A DNA stretch of 64,000 nt from a bacterium (GTDB lineage Bacteria > Electryoneota > JAOADG01): assembly GCA_963681965.1 (NCBI GenBank), contig OY820579.1, positions 2,144,001 through 2,208,000 of the forward strand. Reading direction: 5' to 3'. Made by a program: the position numbers and the translations under genes. Shown here piece after piece: positions 1 to 10,963 of this stretch (its first letter is position 1; the number at the start of each line of letters is the position of its first letter). The notes under the pieces were generated by a model, which saw nothing but the letters and a program-made list of their open reading frames with translations, searched no databases and was not told the DNA's origin.

Positions 1-9
1 ACAATAAAT

Positions 10-2719
10 TTACTTCAGCAGCACAGCTTTCTTCGTAGTCACAAATTCCGGCGATTTCATCGTAATGAAGTAGATACCGGTGCTGACTTTCATACCGCTG
101 GAGTTATTGCCGTCCCAGTTGATTCGATAACTGCCGGTAGTATAGTCTTTATCGGCGAGCGTCTTCACCAACCGACCTAGTGCATCGTACACCGATACCG
201 ATACCCGACTTGACTTCGGAACTTCAAACTTGATTTGAGTAGTGTTATTGAATGGATTCGGGTAGATCGAACTAAGTGCAAATGCCTTTGGAATCGCAAC
301 TGCAGTTTCATGCGATGGTGGCTTGATTGCCTTGGAAAGCTTCGCGATCTTCGACAATGCCGTCATCCGGTTCGATTGCTGCGCCTGATAGTAACCGGCA
401 ATATCGCCACGTTTCGAGGCAGGCGTCGGACGCAACAAACTCGAGACCAACATATCATACTCAATTCGTAGCGAATCGTCACCATTGCCATACGCGAGAA
501 TCGAGTCGCGATACGCATCGGCAGTGAGGAATTCGTGCATCGCATCGTAGCCGTAACTCTCGTTGTAGTACTTCGTCATGCTGTAGGGATCGCCTACCGG
601 CGGCAATTCCGGATTCAATTCCGATAATCGTTGCAATGCCGCGGCACCGGCAGCAGTGGAATCGCCCGATTGTGCCAAAGTCAGATTGTAATAGTACAAT
701 GCACTATCGAGCATATCCTGACTGAAGAAGATATCGCCGCGTAGTAAACTGCCGCCCAAATCCGACATGTAATCGCCCAGATTCGTTCCGCACGACGAAG
801 AGTCGAACACAGTATTCAAGCCCCAATATATCGCATTACTAGGCAACAAGCCGCCTAACGGATTCGCATCCTTGTCGAAACAGTTGTTTTTCAGATTTAG
901 ATAAAACGGCGTGCCGACTTGCTGCATGTAATAGTTCAAATGGTTTCCATTTTGGTCGATAATACCGGTAAAGGTATTCTCGCCATAGAGGAAAACCGGC
1001 GTCGAGTTGTCAACCAACACCATCGGAAAGTCGAGGATACCGGAGAAATCGTTCGAACCGACCTGAGAGTTGTCGGGATCGTAGAACGATGTCGTCGAGT
1101 TGCCGGTAAGATATACAGCATGATGATCGTTACCGGAGAAGCTGTTACAGGTAAAGATCGTCGAAGCGGCATACCCGAAGAAACCGGATTTGTAATTGGC
1201 AGCGCCGATGCCGTTATTGCTGATGTTGCAGTGATCGATCCGACCGCCGCCATTCGACCAGACGAACCCAGCATCGCGATTGTTGTGCACCAGATTGTTA
1301 TAGAAATGCGCTTCGCTGAACAAACCATTCACACCGATCGTGCAATTGGAGATCTCACTATTGTCGATCTGAACTTTACTGGAAGTGGTATACAGGTCAA
1401 TTCCGATGGTGCTGGTATTATTGCCAACGATATTGCAACCGTTGATCGGTGTCTCCTTCGGTTTCCACAGTTCCAGTGCTTTCACTGATTGGTTGTTGAA
1501 GTTGCAGCTTGTGATCGACTGATAAGAACCGTCGAGGGCATCGAATGAGGATATCGCCTTCTCACCACCGGTAAAGGTACAATGTGACAGCGCTACTGTA
1601 TCAGCAAGCGAATTGACGGATATCGCCGTCGCACAATTCTCGAATTCTGCCGAGTCGAGCATGATTTGACCTCCGGTGGATTTGATTGCGCAGGGAAGAC
1701 CGTCGAATTTAACTCGCGAACCAATCACTTTACCGCCGGGTTGGACTTCGATGACATTTTGAGCAGTATATATAGAATCGTCCATTACAGAGAATAACAC
1801 TGCATCTCCGTTACCTTCTGACTCATCACCAATCACGAGTTCGCCACCGTTTTCTACAATAATTTTGCCTCCATGATGAGCATAAACTTCCGATCCAGGA
1901 TATATCGGAACTCGACAATCGACGACAAATTGAGTGGAAAATAATCGTCCGGTCGCACCTTCAGTGATTGGAATATCGGACGACAAATAAGTATTGCCTT
2001 CATACTGAAGTTTTGTTCTTACTTTATAATAGTATGTCCGGAAGTAGGTTACGTTATTGTCTACCCAAGTGTTGACATCTGAAGCGAGTTCAGTCACAGG
2101 CGTACTCGGGAACGAATAAGGATTAGTACTTCGAAAAATCTGTTGTGTGATCCCACTACCTTCAGGAATTGCTGGATTCCATGTAAGAGTGACATCTTGT
2201 ATATGACTTATCGAGGCAGTCACATTGTCCGGAGAGGGTAGTCTATCGAGAGACAATCTATAAATACCATGTAACCAATATATTCTCCATACTGGTCGGT
2301 AAGGTGAGTCAATAAAACCGAAATCATAATAGTTTGTTAATAACTCATTTACGTCTAAAGGGTGCGGGGGTAAAGATAATTTTGACCATAACAATTCAGG
2401 TCCAGAATAATCATCGCGTCCAATCCCATCAGAAGAGACTTCAGGTGTTGGTTGAGAATCGATTATGTCCCATAAGATACCTGCGACATTACCTTCACAA
2501 ATATCTGATAGTACTACTTGTAACGTTAATGCACCTGTAGAGGTATGCTGAAAATATAAACCTGTTTCAATATTCAACCAAAGTTCATCATCGTAGTTCC
2601 ACTTTCTAACATAGAAGCTAGTATTTAAAATGGAGCATGCAAAAAAATACGATAATCCTTCTGCCCATGCTGTTGGCAAATCAGATGTTAATGGTATGGA
2701 ATGATTAGCCAACGTGTTC
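10..2719 (-). pseudogene. 3' part of IS3-interrupted secreted zinc metalloprotease (FN3-like domain, right-handed beta-helix, T9SS type-A/FlgD-Ig CTD)
   Basis: ORF 10..2712 begins next to the IS3 end with no signal peptide. It contains AWAEG (gluzincin-type third Zn ligand), beta-helix-like repeats and C-terminal SIYPNPFN...GIYFITM...KKAVLLK. It joins in frame with 4013..5229 once the IS is removed. Confidence 0.85.
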
Positions 2720-2799
2720 TGAAGTGGTCCCGTTTTCCTGGACAGTTTGTTAGTTAGATTGCTTTGCCCGATATTTTGATAGCAAGTATGGAGTTGAAG

Positions 2800-3102
2800 A
2801 TGTCGGGAATACGACGGACATTATCGCCTGATTTCAAGGCGAAGGTAGCATTAGCCGCACTCAAGGGTGATAAGACAGTATCTGAACTATCAAGTCTATA
2901 TCAAGTTCATCCGAACCAGATCAGTCAGTGGAAGAAGCAGCTTTTGGATCATGCTGCATCGGTATTTGGCAAAACTGAATCGTCAGGAAGTGAAGAAGTA
3001 GATCTTAAGGAGCTGCGCGCCAAGATCGGCCAGTTAACGATGGAAAACGATTTTTTAGCAAAGGGGCTCAGTCGCTTGGGCGTTCTGAGCGTGAAGCGCT
3101 GA
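2800..3102 (+). CDS. IS3-family transposase OrfA (HTH)
   Basis: RRTLSPDFKAKVALAALKGDKTVSELSSLYQVHPNQISQWKKQL is typical of IS3 OrfA. ATG at 2800 follows GGAG. T6 run at 3051-3056 is a plausible -1 frameshift site into the open OrfB frame. Confidence 0.9.
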   Translation: MSGIRRTLSPDFKAKVALAALKGDKTVSELSSLYQVHPNQISQWKKQLLDHAASVFGKTESSGSEEVDLKELRAKIGQLTMENDFLAKGLSRLGVLSVKR

Positions 3103-3935
3103 TCGATCCGGGTGCCCGTTTACCGTTGGTTCAGCAGTGTTCTTTAATCAAGGTTCCACGCAGCAGTTACTACTATCGCCCTGTTCCGCTTGATTCGAAC
3201 AATTTGATGCTGTTGCGAACGCTGGATGAGCTTCACCTGAAGGTTCCGTTCTACGGTGCCCGTAAACTGGTGGTGGAGTTATCGAAGCAGGGTATCGATG
3301 TTGGTCGGAAAAAGGTTCGTTCCTTGCTACGCATCCTCGGTCTGGAAGCATTGTACCGCAAGCCGCGTACGACGGTTCCTGACAAGGAACACAAGATTTA
3401 TCCGTACTTGCTTCGCGACTTGACGGTTGATCGCGCGAATCAAGTATGGGCGACCGACATCACGTACATCCCACTGGCAAAGGGTTTTGTGTACCTGGTG
3501 GCGGTGATCGACTGGTTCAGTCGCAAGGTGTTGTCGTGGCGGTTGTCGAATACGCTGGATACGCATTCCTGTGTGGAAGCATTGAAGGATGCGTTGTCGA
3601 AGTATGGGAAGCCTGAGATCTTCAACAGCGATCAAGGGTGTCAGTTTACCAGCGTCGCATTTACGGATGTTTTGAAAGAGGCAGGCGTTCGGATCAGTAT
3701 GGATGGTAAAGGTCGGTGGATGGATAACCGTTTTGTCGAACGATTGTGGAAGTCGTTGAAGTACGAGGAAGTATACTTGAAAGGGTACGATTCAGTTCGC
3801 ATTGCAGAGCGCAGTATCGGTGAATATTTTTTGTTTTACAATGCGGAGCGTTCCCATCAAGCTTTGGACTGTCGCACCCCAGATGAGGTCTACATCGATA
3901 GTCTTAGCAAATTTTCTTGTCAGGCAGCTGCCTGA
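3051..3935 (+). CDS. IS3-family transposase OrfB (DDE/rve integrase core)
   Basis: [16 protein letters not shown] and [16 protein letters not shown] motifs. The -1 frame is open from the T6 run. Confidence 0.92.
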   Translation, partial: FFSKGAQSLGRSEREALIDPGARLPLVQQCSLIKVPRSSYYYRPVPLDSNNLMLLRTLDELHLKVPFYGARKLVVELSKQGIDVGRKKVRSLLRILGLEALYRKPRTTVPDKEHKIYPYLLRDLTVDRANQVWATDITYIPLAKGFVYLVAVIDWFSRKVLSWRLSNTLDTHSCVEALKDALSKYGKPEIFNSDQGCQFTSVAFTDVLKEAGVRISMDGKGRWMDNRFVERLWKSLKYEEVYLKGYDSVRIAERSIGEYFLFYNAERSHQALDCRTPDEVYIDSLSKFSCQAAA

Positions 3936-4012
3936 CAAGAAACAGCAGAAAGTGGGCAGTGCAATCTAACTAAGATTCGCACAAAACTGTCCAAACGGAG
4001 GGTACCACCTCA

Positions 4013-5229
4013 TTCTCTGGAGAGATTCCAAGCCAATGAGACAGATAATGTCCATATTCGTGTAATACAATGCAATCGTTGTATTGGTCTGGACCTGTAC
4101 TATTCGCATTAGCATGACGAGAAATAATGACATGATTCGTGTTTGGAACATATGCGGAGCTGTATCCATCCCATTCAACCTCAATTTCGTGGTTATCTTC
4201 ATAAGTTTCATAACCATTAAATCTATTTTTTGCCCATTCTCTACCTTTAAGAATTGTATAACCGATAGCGAGAGAGCCTACTTCGTCAGAAGAGGTTGGT
4301 GTTATTAAAACTTGATTTTCAAAATCGGGAGAGGTCGGAAAAGTTAAATAAGTGTTAAGATCACCTTCGCGTTCGCGAAAAACATTGTATGGAAAAGTAC
4401 AGCGACTCCTCGAAGATCGAGGGTAAAATAATTCAACTTCATCTTGACCGTGTACTGATATCAGTGGAGTCGTGTTTTCCGGATCGTAAATTACACTCTC
4501 AACATCAAAAATGTAATCCGAACTACTGCCTTCCGGATGAATAAAAGTCCTATGGACCGCAGGAGTGTAATATCTACCATTTTCATCAGTAAAATTGTCA
4601 TTTAGAGATGGAATAGCGATAATATCGTAATTGGTGTTTATATAATGCGGAATGACTTTAACATTGCTAATTGGAAATAGCTCAGAAATCGGAACCGTAG
4701 CCAAATCTGGATTACGACCATCCAAAAATCTTTGATATTTCAGAGTTGTTGAAAATCCTAAATAGCAGTGAATTACATTTAAACTTCCTGTATTAGTTAT
4801 GCAATCGGGATCAAGATTAGTAACCCTAATCTCGACTTCGTACGTGCCGCCTCGATCCTCCTGCTGGTTGCCGCCAATGGGATAACCAAATGTTTGATTA
4901 GCCCTCAAATGAATGTATTCAGAATAATTTATAATTCCTTGATTTCCAGTCCAACTATCACCAATTTGAACACGGTTTGATCCATTGCACCGAAAAAGAA
5001 ATATTCTTGCTTCGTAACTAATAGGTGGTGGATTCGGATTTGGCGGAATATCTGCACCATAAGAAAGATAATAATCTACTTCAAATCTTTCATCATCAAA
5101 CAACCACCCATGTTGTGCACTACCATATTTATATACAACAACGTCAGAAATTCCAAGTGCTGCAAAAACACTACTGACTGATAGGAAAAAAAATCCTAAC
5201 AAAGATAATATAATCGATGATCGATACAT
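4013..5229 (-). pseudogene. 5' part of IS3-interrupted secreted zinc metalloprotease (HEXXH)
   Basis: Signal peptide MYRSSIILSLLGFFFLSVSSVFA after GGAGG. VLHEYGHY motif just before the IS junction. Confidence 0.85.
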
Positions 5230-5252
5230 TGCATCCTCCATTTTCCTTGTGA

Positions 5253-6218
5253 TCACTTTGAATTACTTTTTGCAGTATCATAAGCATTTTTTCGGATGAA
5301 TAGTTGCTGTCGTAAAAGTGGACCTCTATCATTTAATAATAGTCCGATGGTTGAATCCTGTGATGCATTCACAATCTGTAGATCAAAAGTGTGAAGTTCC
5401 AATAATTGATTTTTTAAGATATAAGTCAGCGAATCACGTTGACTAGATGAAATTCCACTGATCCAATCGTAGGTCATGAATGTGTCAACGAGACTTAGAT
5501 TGGGATATTTATAGATCAAATTATAAGCCCGTATCCGCTGAATTTGTTGAGGCGTAAAGAAATTCTGATAATTAGCATCATTTAAAGTATCACTTCGACT
5601 GAAAATATGATAGTACCCAATATCTTCGGTTGTCAACGTAGAAAATTGAGATTCGATATTTGAGTTGATATTGGCTTGTTGAAATTGACGTCTCTCACGA
5701 ATTAACCGGCGCCTCAACAATTCCGATTTAGTTGCTACTAACGAATCTCGTATTGCAATATCCAATGAACGTTGTGAGTAATACTTACCTACTGCACCCG
5801 CACGTGAATAGAAATAAACCGTATCGCGGTCAGGGATCTGAAATAATGGTATTGGTACACTCGGATTTGATATTTTATTGGCTATAAGCTCAATTATAAT
5901 ACTAGCATTACCCTGCTGAGTCAGTATAAAATTTAACGTTTTATGCACATATTGCCTATCATCACCAATACCTTGCCATTGTAAATTACCATTAACGAGT
6001 TGAATATTACCACTTAACGTTAAATTAATGGTGTATGATTCTACTCTACTAGGCACCAGAGTCTCAAAAATTGCTTCGAAGGGTACATTTATCTGAATAT
6101 TTTCATCAGTTATCAAATTGACTCCAAGATTTGCTTCTGAAGCGATAGTAATAGTAGCTATCATCAAAAACAAAAGAACAAATAAATATCTTACCCATTT
6201 CATAAAAAATACCTCCAT
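5253..6218 (-). CDS. Secreted hypothetical protein (N-terminal Ig-like domain plus helical C-terminus), directly upstream of the metalloprotease
   Basis: 321-aa AT-rich ORF with signal peptide (MKWVRYLFVLLFLMIATITIA). Homologous by eye to 32719..33638. Confidence 0.75.
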   Translation of the reverse strand: MEVFFMKWVRYLFVLLFLMIATITIASEANLGVNLITDENIQINVPFEAIFETLVPSRVESYTINLTLSGNIQLVNGNLQWQGIGDDRQYVHKTLNFILTQQGNASIIIELIANKISNPSVPIPLFQIPDRDTVYFYSRAGAVGKYYSQRSLDIAIRDSLVATKSELLRRRLIRERRQFQQANINSNIESQFSTLTTEDIGYYHIFSRSDTLNDANYQNFFTPQQIQRIRAYNLIYKYPNLSLVDTFMTYDWISGISSSQRDSLTYILKNQLLELHTFDLQIVNASQDSTIGLLLNDRGPLLRQQLFIRKNAYDTAKSNSK

Positions 6219-6327
6219 CTTGTTTGGTAGCGAATGATATCAAGCTAGGAATAAACTTGATACTTCCAATAATGTCATCCTTCGAGTCAAGTGATATCGA
6301 AAAAAGCTTTTAATTAAATAAATGGGA

Positions 6328-8589
6328 TCATTTCAACACCACCATCCGCTTCGTCTGCGTGATATTGCCGAAGTGCAATCGATAGAAATAAATCCCCGAC
6401 GCGAGACTACTCCCGTCGAACGTGACGCGATAGCTGCCGCTGTGCTGCGTTTCATCCACCAATGACTGCACTTCGCGTCCGAGCAGATCGAACAACTTCA
6501 ATTCCACGCGCCCGGTCTTCGGGATCGTGTACGAGATCGTGGTGGTGGCATTGAACGGATTCGGGTAGTTTTGTGAGAGCGTGAACTTCGATGGTAATCG
6601 TATTGACTCGCTTTCTACGACACCATCATCGATCTCGTCATACCGAAAAATGGTGCCAAATTCACCAGCGACCCAGCCGTGATGACGATCGATAAAACAA
6701 ATCTTATTCAATGCCGAATAGGACAGTGTGTCGTTAACGTACCACGATGCGCCTCCATCGGTTGTATGAACGACTCTGCCTTGCATTCCAGCAGCCCAAC
6801 CAGTCGTGGAATCGAAAAATGTTACGGAGTAGAGATTCGCAGCACCTGTGCTTCCAATCTGCCACGATTCACCCCCATCAGTCGTGCGCATGTTGTCGAA
6901 GATCGTATTACTCATGGAGTCCAATTGCGCACCGTAGCCGACAACCCAACCGACAGTCGGATTGATGAAATCCAAATCGATCAATGTGTTTACCCGACTC
7001 GGTAGCACTAAGTCGTGCCAAGTCACACCGCCATCGGTGGTGCGAGTGATCGTTCCATGATACGGGATATCCATCGACGATCCGACACACCATCCATGCA
7101 ACGAATCCACAAATTGAATTTGATCGATCCAGATCGAAGGTTGTAATTGTGGTGCCGACCAATGTAAACCACCGTCGGTAGTGCGCTGGATGCCTGAGAT
7201 GCGGTTTCCTATATTGTCAAGATAGATACCTGCGATCCACCCGTGATTGGCATCGCTAAAAGACATCTTTTTCAAATACAAGGCGGTAGTGGAGGTTTGT
7301 ACCGACCAAGTTCGACCAAAATCACTCGAGAACATTACCTTGCTGATACCATTCCTGATGTCGGTTCCAATTGCCCAACCATGCTGCTCATCGAGAAAAT
7401 ATAGATCCTTGAAGTAAAACATCGTGTCATTCGTTATATATTCCCAGTGGGTGCCACTATCGCTCGTACGAATTAGCCGTCCGAAATATTCGATCGCAAT
7501 TCCCGCTTCCAGATTGATAAAATCGATATCCCGCAAGTCTACTTTTGGTCCCGAAAATAAATCTACCCAAGTATGTCCGCCGTCGGTCGTTCGTTGGACA
7601 TCTCCGGGGCAGCCGTACGTGATACCAGATGCGATCCAACCGGTATCAGGATTGAGAAAACACGTGTTCGAAATACCATTAAACGAGGGTACAAATAGCT
7701 CTTCCCAAGAAACGCCTCCGTTCGAAGTTCTTAGTAACCGACCGATTTCATCGGAACTAGTAGAATCGTAAGTAATACTACCCGCGGCTAAACCTGATAA
7801 TCGATCGAAAAAACGAATATTCTGCAAATCGAGCAACGTATCGGAAATCTGATTATTCCAAGTCAGACCTCCATTAGTTGTATGGAAGATCTCAGTCGTC
7901 GATCGATTATTGCTATGATCGACACCAACCGACCATCCATATAGCGTATCGACGAATGTGACGCCATACATCAAGATATTCGTCGATCCTAGCGAATCGC
8001 GTAGCCAAGTATTGCCGCCATCGATCGTGTGCATTGATAGACCCAACGCTCCGACCGCCCATCCGTGAAGCGAATCGAGGAAAGTGATATCCCTGAGACA
8101 AATCTGATTCGTGTTCTGTGTTATCCAGGTGAGTCCACCATTGGTCGTTTGATGAATCCGACCGTAATAATCGGCAATCCATCCATTATTAGAATCAATG
8201 AATGAGATACTGTAACACATCTCGGCATACTCATTCAATTGAATCGACCAGGATTGACCGCCATCGCTGGTGTAGAGAATTCGTCCATACGGCCATACGT
8301 CGCCAACATCGTATTCACATGCGAGCCAGCCGTGAAGCGCGTCCGCAAAGTAAACGTCGTGAAGAGTATAGCTGTGGTCAATAAACTGCCGATCCCAGGT
8401 TGTGCCACCATCGGTAGTATGCAACAACGTTGCGTAATCGCCGATCGCCCACCCTATCTGCGAATCGATAAAATGGATTGCGACCATCCGCTCATTCGTA
8501 GGTAACGGGTTTTGGCGCGTCCACGTTTGCGCTATCGCAACACTTGATGCGATAAGATATAGTAGTATTGATGCCAACAAAGTTTGCAA
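6328..8589 (-). CDS. YCF48/BNR (Asp-box) repeat beta-propeller protein with T9SS type-A CTD
   Basis: Many TxDGGxTW / F.D...GW repeats, signal peptide, C-terminal QNYPNPFN...SGIYFYRL...KRMVVLK. Confidence 0.9.
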   Translation of the reverse strand: MQTLLASILLYLIASSVAIAQTWTRQNPLPTNERMVAIHFIDSQIGWAIGDYATLLHTTDGGTTWDRQFIDHSYTLHDVYFADALHGWLACEYDVGDVWPYGRILYTSDGGQSWSIQLNEYAEMCYSISFIDSNNGWIADYYGRIHQTTNGGLTWITQNTNQICLRDITFLDSLHGWAVGALGLSMHTIDGGNTWLRDSLGSTNILMYGVTFVDTLYGWSVGVDHSNNRSTTEIFHTTNGGLTWNNQISDTLLDLQNIRFFDRLSGLAAGSITYDSTSSDEIGRLLRTSNGGVSWEELFVPSFNGISNTCFLNPDTGWIASGITYGCPGDVQRTTDGGHTWVDLFSGPKVDLRDIDFINLEAGIAIEYFGRLIRTSDSGTHWEYITNDTMFYFKDLYFLDEQHGWAIGTDIRNGISKVMFSSDFGRTWSVQTSTTALYLKKMSFSDANHGWIAGIYLDNIGNRISGIQRTTDGGLHWSAPQLQPSIWIDQIQFVDSLHGWCVGSSMDIPYHGTITRTTDGGVTWHDLVLPSRVNTLIDLDFINPTVGWVVGYGAQLDSMSNTIFDNMRTTDGGESWQIGSTGAANLYSVTFFDSTTGWAAGMQGRVVHTTDGGASWYVNDTLSYSALNKICFIDRHHGWVAGEFGTIFRYDEIDDGVVESESIRLPSKFTLSQNYPNPFNATTTISYTIPKTGRVELKLFDLLGREVQSLVDETQHSGSYRVTFDGSSLASGIYFYRLHFGNITQTKRMVVLK

Positions 8590-8861
8590 CAGAGTTACTT
8601 CCTTTTAAGGAATTCACAATTCATGCTAAATTAGAATTTGTTTACGTTACACAATATTGATGTTCAATAGAACAATTTTGTTGCACTCTTTTAAAGGTCC
8701 GTTTGCTAGCATTAACCAAGCACAATGATAAATGAATAACGCCCACACCATGAGCAGTGGGCGTCGATATAATCGGTTCGAAGAAATAATTGAACAGAAG
8801 AATGTTTGCTTTCGAGTTCATCGCTTCTCGCTCCAGTATTTTCTCAATCACAACTTTTTAT

Positions 8862-8890
8862 AAGATAGAATGACCGTAGAACAATGTCAA
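8862..8890 (-). promoter_or_regulatory. sigma70-type promoter upstream of the BNR-repeat gene
   Basis: Minus strand TTGACA-17 nt-TATCTT. Confidence 0.6.
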
Positions 8891-9300
8891 CAGGAAATCG
8901 AAAAATCTTAAAATACTTTCAGGAGTAACGATAAGGTAATATTAGATTGAATATAATACTATTATGTTTTTCATGTGGAGGTGTTGATTATTTCGAATTT
9001 TGTGATGACTTATTTTAGTGGTATAAATATTATCGCACATAAAATCATGTACACCAACTTCAGTTGTGGTCTCAGTAGAAACAGTTCCTGCGACTCCAAA
9101 TCAGGGGATTGATCTTAATCGATTGCATGATAAATTAGTTTCACCGTATCCAAGTTTTATCGATCACTGTACCCGCTACCTTATGAAACGCTTTTATCAA
9201 CGACGGTGATTAGCCAGCCGATATTCCGATGATTCACCCGGTGCGTTTGTAGGGACTGTATTTATCGTCCTAACGAGGCCACCCCAGTCAGAAATTCAAT

Positions 9301-9338
9301 GCCCGTATCGCAATCGCGATGCGGGCGTTTTCTGTTTT
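9301..9338 (+). terminator. Intrinsic terminator-like hairpin
   Basis: GCCCGTATCGC-AATC-GCGATGCGGGC followed by GTTTTCTGTTTT. Confidence 0.55.
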
Positions 9339-9362
9339 AGCTAATCCAACGAAAGGAAAGAA

Positions 9363-9474
9363 ATGAAACCAGTATTAACATCCGCTCAGCTAGCAGCAAG
9401 AAAGCGATTGCTTCAGATGTTCACCACATCGCGCGGACACAATCTGGTCGATATCGATACATTTGTGGTGGATA
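9363..9474 (+). pseudogene. 5' fragment of an unknown gene truncated by an IS
   Basis: AAGGAAAG RBS then ATG, MKPVLTSAQLAARKRLLQMFTTSRGHNLVDIDTFVVD, running into the IS end at 9475. Confidence 0.4.
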
Positions 9475-9508
9475 TGGTCTGCCCCCATTTTATGTACCAG
9501 TGTCTATG

Positions 9509-10321
9509 TCACACTGGTCTCATTTCTGCGTAGCGTAGCGGAGCAGGAATGAGAAGCAACGCAGTTTCCGGGGCCGGCGGCAGATAGCCCAAGGAACTGT
9601 GCGGTCGGATCGTATTGTAATGGTGCCGCCATTGTTCGATAATCACCTTCGCTTCCGGCAAACTATCAAAGATTTCACCCTTCAGCAACAGTTTCAACCG
9701 ACAGTTAAAACTTTCGATGTAACCATTTTCCCATGGACTGCCGGGAGTAATGAACAAGGGCTTTACATCAACCCGGGGCAGCCACGCCAGTACCTCATTC
9801 GCCGTAAACTGCGGTCCATTGTCGCTGCGAACATGAACCGGTGTACCTCGTAATACAAACAGTTCTTCCAGCACGCAAAGAACGTCATCCGCCTTGATCT
9901 TCCGGGCAACCAGGATCGCCAGGCATTCCCGGGTGTATTCATCCATGATCGCAAAGATCTTGAACGAACGTCCATTCGACGTATGCCACGTGACAAAGTC
10001 GAAGCTCCAGACATGATCCGGATGTTCTGGACGAAGTCTGATGCAGGAACCATCATTCAGCCAGAGCCTGCGACGCTTCTTCTGCTTCTTCGGAACCTTC
10101 AGCCCCGCCTGACGCCAGATCCGTTCCACCCGTTTGTGGTTCACCCGCCAACCAATGTTACGGATCATCGCCGTTACAATCCGATATCCATACCCGCCAT
10201 ACTGGCAAGCTAGAAACACCACCAGCGAGACCAACTGACCTTCATCGGATCGACGGATCGGGGCGTACCGGTGACTCGTCCGCGGTTCGCAAAGAACCGT
10301 GCAGACCCGACGTTCCGACAC
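9509..10321 (-). CDS. IS3/IS407-like transposase OrfB (DDE)
   Basis: WSFDF, RSDNGPQF, PGSPWENGYIESFN and YNTIRPHSSLGY motifs. Confidence 0.9.
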   Translation of the reverse strand: MSERRVCTVLCEPRTSHRYAPIRRSDEGQLVSLVVFLACQYGGYGYRIVTAMIRNIGWRVNHKRVERIWRQAGLKVPKKQKKRRRLWLNDGSCIRLRPEHPDHVWSFDFVTWHTSNGRSFKIFAIMDEYTRECLAILVARKIKADDVLCVLEELFVLRGTPVHVRSDNGPQFTANEVLAWLPRVDVKPLFITPGSPWENGYIESFNCRLKLLLKGEIFDSLPEAKVIIEQWRHHYNTIRPHSSLGYLPPAPETALLLIPAPLRYAEMRPV

Positions 10322-10383
10322 CCGTTCAACGCCCAGCGAATGGCGAACGGTAAGCGCAGTCTCGCGACGCTTCGCTGAGCTGA

Positions 10384-10659
10384 CTATTTTCCCTTGAGAG
10401 CCTCCTGCAGGATCTCTTTGTCAAGCGTAAGGTCCGAAACAACCTTTCGAAGACGACCATTCTCGCGTTCCAGCTCCTTCAAGCGCTTCGCCTGATCCAG
10501 CTACAAACCACCGTATTCCTTGCGCCAGTGGTAGTAGGTGTGTTCCTGAATGCCCAACTTCCGGCACACTTCCCGGACACTCATCCCCTTACCAATCTCA
10601 ACTTCCGCTTCACGAAGCATCGGGATAATCTGCTCCGCAGTCCGCTTCACTCCACGCAT
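10384..10659 (-). pseudogene. IS407-like OrfA with premature stop
   Basis: MRGVKRTAEQIIPMLREAE...YYHWRKEYGGL*LDQAKRLKELERENGRLRKVVSDLTLDKEILQEALKGK, with in-frame TAG at 10501-10503. Confidence 0.85.
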
Positions 10660-10963
10660 GATAACCTCCCATTAAAGGTACAACTCTGACATAGAGAGTG
10701 GTACAACTTTCGGGGGCTAGATCAAACTGTTATTTCGAATTCGCAGATGGGGTGATCTCTCATCACATTATTTTCATCGTATTATCTGTCATAATCCATC
10801 ACACCCGTAATAACTCATCACACGTGATCTATCGTCACACGGAATCGACTTGACTTCGAATCGAAAATTGTCGAGATTGATACTAACGGTTAAACGTTCA
10901 AAATCACTGATAACCGTTAGCAGTCGCGCTTTGTAACACTCTGTAAATACGTAGATTAAAATC

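Larger units (their letters stand above)
2720..4012 (+). mobile_element. IS3-family insertion sequence, apparently intact (1293 bp)
   Basis: Left IR TGAAGTGGTCCCGTTTTCCTGGACAGTTT at 2720 and right IR AAACTGTCCAAACGGAGGGTACCACCTCA ending at 4012. 3-bp target duplication TTC (2717-2719 / 4013-4015). Carries orfA and orfB. Confidence 0.95.
9475..10724 (-). mobile_element. IS3-family (IS407-like) insertion sequence, degenerate
   Basis: Terminal IRs TGGTCTGCCCCCATTTTATGTACCAGTGTCTATGTCA and (rc) TGATCTAGCCCCCGAAAGTTGTACCACTCTCTATGTCA. No matching target duplication (GATA vs AACT). Confidence 0.88.

Noticed and set aside
9180-9340. Riboswitch upstream of the truncated ORF
   Set aside because: A terminator hairpin is present, but no known aptamer consensus was recognisable by eye. 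This needs Rfam cmscan.
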